Assembly: GCA_003344405.1 (NCBI GenBank)
Contig: NOWV01000155.1
Span: 1-64,000, forward strand
DNA: 64,000 bases
Direction: 5' to 3'
Source of the DNA: Trichoplax sp. H2
Lineage: Eukaryota
Positions within the stretch are counted from its first letter, which is position 1; every line of letters begins with the position of its first letter. The notes beneath the pieces are model-generated. The model was not told the origin of the DNA. It did no database searches and saw only the letters and a list, made by a program, of their open reading frames with translations. The position numbers were made by a program, and so were the translations under genes. Shown here one piece after another: positions 57,291-64,000 of this stretch.

Positions 57291-60200
57291 ACGTTCTATA
57301 ATAAATTTTTCGTTCTTCATTTCATGAAATTTTTATCATATATAACATACTATTTAATTGTATACGCGATGCAATTGCGGAAAAATATTATCTATTCGAG
57401 ATTAATGATTCATGGCTAGTGCTATAGTGCAATGTCTTAATGGAGGAGTACAGTAAATCGCAAATTGCGAATGATGAACTTATCCTCACCTATCGCTTCC
57501 GACTTCGAATTTTAGTAACAGAAATTTGTACATCATATTAAATATTTAGCACAATGTTGTATTCATAGGCCTTTGCAATCAGCTGTTTTTAAAATAGAAA
57601 TCCGAATAAATAACGGCTGGTATTACTTGAAGATGCCTACTATTTGACTGTGATCTTAAAAATTGATATTGTATTCTAGGAAAGATTTCCAAGTAGTAAA
57701 GTTTATTTCAATTCCATTAATTGAGCACTTTGTACGGTATTTCATGCGTGTCTACTTAATTAATTAATTATGAAAACTTGTACGGAATGGGTGTCTAATT
57801 AATGATTAAGAATAACCCTTTTAATATTGGTTCACTTGTCAATCATCAATTAAATGATATAAATAGAATTAATGGTCTACATGATGCTATTCTACTTCAA
57901 GTTAACAACTACTTAGCAAAAATAAATAAGCTTTTCCCTTCTCTCCTACGCAAAATAAAATCTATCATAACATTTAATAAAAATACAGTAATAATAAAAG
58001 ATAATTTTCATGATTTCAAAATTATGGAAAAACAAAATATCGAATTATTGTTTCATTACGTCGAAGTTCTCTTACATTAATATTGCATTGCTACATGTTA
58101 GAAATAAGACCTTGCATTAAAATTATCTTACTACTCCACTTATTTAAGTTAAATTACTTACTTGTACACCAATCAGAAGCATGACATTCTCTTCCTTTTC
58201 CACAGTGAGATATAGCGCAATAATACTTTATAATTTATAGAAAATAATTACTAATGTTATTACGAATTATTTGTTATCGTGTATCTTTTCTTTACAACTA
58301 GAGTGTAAGCACTAAATCTTGCGATCCGTTATCTGATAATGATTCCGAACTCTTTCCTTTCGTCATAGAGCTGCTATTACAAAGGTTAATGCATTATATA
58401 TTGCTTTTGCTTTCAATGTTATAAATTAACAATCATAGGATGGTATTTATCATAAAGCCTGTAAGAACTATAAGAAACTTATCGAGTATTTCCGCATTCC
58501 AGCTATCTCTGTGTCACAATTTCACTTCTGCGACAAGGTAACGTACAGTAAAAGTCTATAAGTAGCTACTGACTTAAAGGCCCTTATACTGAACGTTAAA
58601 CACACACAGAAAAAGACTGTAAAGAAGAAACTTTTATTAGCAAAGATACATCTACAAATTTTTACCACCACTGAACTCAAATGTTCCCGTTTATATAGGA
58701 ACCGTCTAATTTGTAAACAACGACTGTATTGTTGTTATACCTTACTAGGAGAAACATCTCGAACTGAGATGTTCCTTACATAGCTTTTCTATCAGTAAAT
58801 ATTTTAAATCTCTTACTCGTACTTAATCTTAATCTAAGCTTGTAGGTTATCTAATTCAACTATCATCAACTAGAACCTGAATCATCTTACTGCTATCTGT
58901 CACACAATAACAATCAATATCAAGTATGTAATGAACTATTACAAACAACATCCGCGTTAAGGCATTACTTATCTTACCTAGCACTACAAATATGGATATT
59001 CTCCATACTAGATACTACAGTACTTATTAAGCTATCCTGATGACAAGGCAACACCGTAACACTCTGTTTGTTAGCTTAACCCGTTCATTAATTGAGTGTG
59101 TCTTGCTGAGCAAGTTTTAAATCATTTTAATAGAATTTTTGATTAGAAAGGCTAATTTTTAAAGTTCAAACGATGAGGCAAAACGTTATTCTGCACGTTA
59201 ATGATATTAACACTCACGATCTAATCATAACCTAATACTTTCGTGCAATTACGTTTAAAAAATTAATTTTTTTATCAGAATTAAGATTAGATTATGCTAC
59301 CTGGAAACATTATAAGTACCAGGATACTGATAAATACTGAAAAATGACATCATATGTTCGATTTTATGTGCCTTATTTTCCTGTACTGCATATGTACTAA
59401 TACACTTAGCAAACCCTCATGCTCGGTTGTCTTGAGCAACATAACCAAAAATTTATTTAAGAAATTCAACGATTAGATAGTGTTTATTAACCAGTTTAGG
59501 GGTACAAAAGAATCGGCTAATATAGATCTACATTTTGACGAAATACTTATACGAGGATTAAATATTATTAACATCTAAAAGCACAGTAGTAAATTTCTTC
59601 AGGAAAATTTTAGGATAATTGTTTGATTTAATCTGCTTATGAAATAGGCCTAATATTTATCAAATTTCCATGACTCTAAGTTTATCCTTTGAAAGCCATG
59701 TGTGCTAGGAATATGTACGGTGACAGTTTCTGTAGACGCATTGGTTAAGGCGTTACCGTTATACATATCTTTATTATGGGAGTATTTGGGTCGTCTGCTG
59801 ACGAAATGTAATGACAGAAAATGTTTGTCTATATAAATTACCGATTTGCTGCAATATAATTTATAAGTTTATAGTAATTTCTGATCTTTAATTTCTCAGG
59901 AGATCTTAATACATATTGAATAATTAAAAGAGATAGTCTGCCGTTAACTAAGGTTCTGTTTGTAACATTTTGCATGAGCTGTCACCTCCCGATTGGACGA
60001 CTAGTTTAAACCTGTAATCCTTAAACGAATATAAAAGCTATGTTGGTGAACTAATAAAGTGCTGACTAAAATATCCAAGAATTAGGGGTAATTTAATGTG
60101 AAACTAGAGTCAATTCAAGCCTTTCTTGGTGCAAGTCTCAATTTGCAACAGATAGTCAACTACTGAGTTGAATTTTTTCTACAGTGTGTTATCCTTTGAC

Positions 60201-61749
60201 TAATTTCAGTAGCATTAGTTGCATAAGGGATTGATCCATCATGCAGCTTATAGAAATTTCACTGCATACTGTAGCACTTATTTATGCAAACAAAAGTGTA
60301 GAAGTTAGCTCACATCAACTTGACTACTGTATGATAGAGTGATTAAATAAGGAAAAAGGTAATCTCAGTTTTAATATTTTATCAAATCTAATACTGTCTA
60401 CTGTATTTATTGCTGCAGACAAACAGTGGTAATTAAGTTTATTACCAATTTATTTAGATCAGTTGCAATATTGCCAACTGATTTATCGACTTAATGAATA
60501 CGTAGGTGACTAGAAATAAAATTAAGCACTACTTTATGATATTCGATATTCTCTAAGTTCTATTTTCATCATAACTATTGCCAATGAATTAAATCATTGT
60601 TGAGAACCATTTAGACAGTATAGGACAGTGTTCCCAGCTCGATTCAGATTGAATTACCGTAGATGACAGTGAACCAGTTAATATAGATAACAAGTTCCAT
60701 TTTATTACATATGCATAGAAAGAAAACACATGTCTATAGCCAATTAATAACGTAAATGCTAGTAATAAAAATTAGTAAAACTTTAAGTTATTCCTACATC
60801 ATCAGAATTACTACCATGGTGAGAGTGGATGTAATATATTTTTTGGTTAGATTATACAAAGTGATACAATATATTGATCCGTAATTATCTATAAGAAATT
60901 CATGTAACTTGTATACTAGCCATCAAATGTTGCATGATTCGATATAGCTAATAGCCACATCTTTCAGATAGTACTATCAGAGTAGAAGAGCGACATTAGG
61001 TAGGTAGTATATAATAAAATAGAATGTATACCAGACGTTTAGCGTTGTTCATTGAGAAATAGTCCAAGATGAATATTGTAGAAGCTAGCGTTAAAACACG
61101 TATTTTAATCGTTGGTGTACAGCTTCAAATAACATAATGCCGAATCTATTTATGCCATAAGTATTATTACAATTTTTACTTCATCATCCTAGCTTTAATC
61201 GTCCTCTATCTTAGCATAAGAATGCGCCCTTTTTATAATTCTAGTTGTTTCACCTAATTTAGCATGGCAAAATATGGCATAGTATGAAAGCATAATGAAG
61301 TCATTATTACTATTTATCAAGGTTGTACTAGTATACTTACAATACATCTACATCAAGTGAATATTGTCAAATGTTGATCCAATTGATTCTGCTCAATTTC
61401 ACAAATCACAAGATCATTTTTATTTCGTCTAACACAACTTTAAATAAGGAAGTATCCGCAGAGATGTTACTATAAAAATGGAAATTGTAATCTGCATCTA
61501 CAAGTTTTTGAAATTTGCTACTACACATCACAAAAATTTATTCTTTACGATTACATCTTAAAGCTTTTAGGCTTTACTTTGTCAAAGCCATGCAAAGTGC
61601 ACATCTTTTAACAAATATTAACGAGGATAAGTGTCTTCATCTACAAGTTAGAAATCCCCTACATTATTGATCCGGAATTTTTGACGGATGCGATCCCTTC
61701 GGTTGATCGACTTTATTAAGATTGGTAAGTTGGTATGCTACCACCATCA

Positions 61750-61987
61750 TCAGACTGCTTCAACATAGTTGGCGGGGACTAAACCCACTGTACCATTTAA
61801 ACTACCCTTAATCCATCCTTGTCCATCCTCTTCGCTCAGTTTCATAATTATATCACCAGCAGCAAAACTTAATTCGTCTGATTCTCTACGAGTGTATTCA
61901 TAAAGAGCTCGGACAGGAACACCTTCACCATCATTAAAAGATGGAGGTTCATCCCATTCGTTGTCAAAGGAAATCTGTCGATTGTAT
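61750..61987 (-). CDS. PACSIN: PACSIN terminal exon, SH3 domain (GVPVRALYEY..ESDELSFAAGD..MKL.EED.QGW.KG.L.G..GL.PANYVEAV*)
   Basis: Acceptor ttcttatag|A, canonical SH3 motifs ALY, ELSF, GW and PANYV, tandem TGA TGA stop, and AATAAA ~35 nt downstream (61712-61717). Confidence 0.95.
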
Positions 61988-62148
61988 CTATAAGAATCAA
62001 GAACAGGTAATTAGTCTAATGAAGACTTGCACCTTTGTGAATAGGTGTGAAAAATTATGTCCTCTTCTCTTAAATATATCTACACTAGAAATGCAATAGT
62101 TCAATTACAAATAAATAAATAGTTACAGTTTCATCCATTATAGCTTAC

Positions 62149-62300
62149 CCATCATTTGTATCGTGATCTTCGTTACTTGGATTAATCTTTTCAACTTTTG
62201 CAGTATTTTCTGGAGCACTGACATTTTCGCTGCTATCTTGAATTTTTTTAAATTTACTCGAACTTTTCTTCACCGCAGCTTTTTCTGTGACCGTATATTC
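62149..62300 (-). CDS. PACSIN: PACSIN linker exon (EYTVTEKAAVKKSSSKFKKIQDSSENVSAPENTAKVEKINPSNEDHDTNDG)
   Basis: Acceptor ggttag|GAA, donor GG|GTAAGC; 152 open nt, phase 0-2, consistent with the flanking exons. Confidence 0.88.
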
Positions 62301-62532
62301 CTAACCGTTACAAAGTATATATATAAATATATGTATATATTATAAAAAGCATGTTATACTATTCAATTAACGAACAAATTATTCGATCTTTTCAATAGCT
62401 TTTCAATCGTACAACATTCTATTATTGATGCTATCGATTTAATTACTGTAATGAATAAATTATTTGGTATTTTGAAGCTTTTTTTGTTGTGAGAATTTGA
62501 TATATACTTTATTAAACAAATAATTCATATAC

Positions 62533-62653
62533 CTCAAATTCTGGCCACCTCGTTTCCATTCTCGCTCCAAATTGTTCAGCAAAACCACATAAGTCGCGCC
62601 CTGAATCAGCCTTTTCAATAGTTTGTAGCATTTCATTATATATCTTGGAAAAG
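62533..62653 (-). CDS. PACSIN: PACSIN exon, end of F-BAR (FSKIYNEMLQTIEKADSGRDLCGFAEQFGARMETRWPEFE)
   Basis: Acceptor ttctag|C, donor GAG|GTATAT. It contains the conserved PACSIN G..M..WP.FE motif; phase 2-0. Confidence 0.93.
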
Positions 62654-62852
62654 CTAGAATGATTGATAGATAGAAAGTATCAAGTCAAACATTTGCAAAG
62701 CATAGGTTAAGCATCGATAAAGCATATAAACCATAAGCTATACTAGTTATTTTTGATCACGCAATATAGAAATATAGGCGTTAAGAACATATTGGTAATG
62801 ACGTTATATCCATGTTTACGATATTGTAATTTATTCGATTCGAAGTACTTAC

Positions 62853-63527
62853 TTAGGATTATCAGCAATATTAACACAATTGTGAATTACTACCAACATT
62901 TCTTTAAAAAAGATTAACCGATCTTCTTCAAACGCTTGCCATCTATCGAATTCTTCGGTCATGCTCTTTTGATAACTGTCATTAAAAGTTGTTAAATCCT
63001 CTAATCTTTCTTTATATCTGTCTTTTGCTCGACTAGCTTCTTTACTGGCCTTATCAGCTTTGTCACGAATTTTCTTAACTTGATCAGCAGCCATATTGTT
63101 ATCGCTTTCAGCAGTATTTAGTTGTTTATTATTGTTATCCTCAGCCTTTGCGGCTGAATAATACTCTTTCTTAGCTTTAACCACTTTCTCAAAACGTTTA
63201 GCCCAAGGCTTTTGGATACGGCTAAAATTATCATCACAGTCTCTAGTTTCTTTGTAGTGCATCATTGACTTATGATAATGGTCTTTTTTCCATTTTTTGA
63301 CAGAGTCATAAGCTTTACTTAATAATTTCTCTCTAACGTCAGCGTGTAAATTAGCTACCTCATCAGCTTCAGTAAAGCAGGCCTTCCATGATTCTTCCAT
63401 AGTACCATATTCAGGGCCATTTTGGATACTAGAGCGCCAGTCAGATGCCCAACGCTTTAAACTTCGTGCATATGCACGCTCCAATTCCATACGATCACGA
63501 ATCATAGCTAGCATATCATCGCATAAC
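62853..63527 (-). CDS. PACSIN: PACSIN/syndapin exon encoding most of the F-BAR domain; upstream exon(s) lie beyond the window
   Basis: LCDDMLAMIRDRMELERAYA..L..W...W...I..GPEYGT....W...EA...H...KKW.KD.YHK.MM..KET...F...QKPW.K is the PACSIN F-BAR pattern. Acceptor ttatag|G at 63527; donor AA|GTAAGT at 62853 (phase 2). Confidence 0.95.
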
Positions 63528-64000
63528 CTATAACAGCGTTAGATCCACTGTTAGTAACGACATATAATTAAGTCTTGTTACAGTAACTTTCAGAAATTGG
63601 TGATTTTATAAGCATGATAACGGCATTGCGATCATGTTGAACATCTTAAAAAGCCTATTCAATTAGTACCATATTTATAGTGGTTCTCTATTTTGCTGTT
63701 ACGATCATCGTCTCATTCTCAAAGATAGAAATTATCTATTAGTATAGCAATCGAATCAACAACTAAATCGCAATTTTGGAAGTGAAATATTTGTAAACTT
63801 GGCATGCAAAATGTTCTTGTTAGTATTGTTATGATAAAGTGATAATTATTCTACTGTAATTTATTCAGTTTATCAATAGGCGTAATTCCCTATATTATGC
63901 GCCATTCAACGTAAATCAAATAAAGCCCAACCAAAATGACGATTAGCGACCGGTTTCTAAGTTCTACTTAAGATGAAGCTGTACATACATTGATGAAAAT

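Noticed and set aside
57802..58080. 92-aa ATG ORF
   Set aside because: Asn/Ile/Lys/Leu-rich composition simply reflects AT-rich DNA; no motif or splice support.
62163..62345. 60-aa + strand ORF
   Set aside because: Antisense shadow of the PACSIN linker exon.

Overview
AT-rich, intron-containing animal genomic DNA. It looks like an early-branching metazoan, and a placozoan such as Trichoplax is my inference from composition and gene style, not a database result. Three protein-coding genes are supported. (1) A + strand ETS-domain transcription factor spread over ~24 kb (candidate exons 8679-8736, 22343-22789, 28806-28856, 31647-31751, 32213-32511), with every junction in phase 1 and a probable alternative first exon at 28524-28617. 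(2) A - strand class A peptide-type GPCR (40164-41360) with an intronless ORF and several missing canonical activation motifs. (3) The 3' four exons of a - strand PACSIN/syndapin (F-BAR + SH3; 61750-63527) that continues beyond the window. The non-coding DNA carries clusters of ETS and FOX:ETS-like motifs around the ETS gene, an old dispersed repeat family (including a rearranged head-to-head copy) and two unrelated tandem duplications that share a 179-bp period. No rRNA, intact tRNA, CRISPR array or intact transposase/RT ORF was seen. The best candidate 'system' is a multi-promoter, possibly autoregulated ETS locus with interchangeable N-termini. Exon connectivity is inferred from splice signals and needs transcript evidence.
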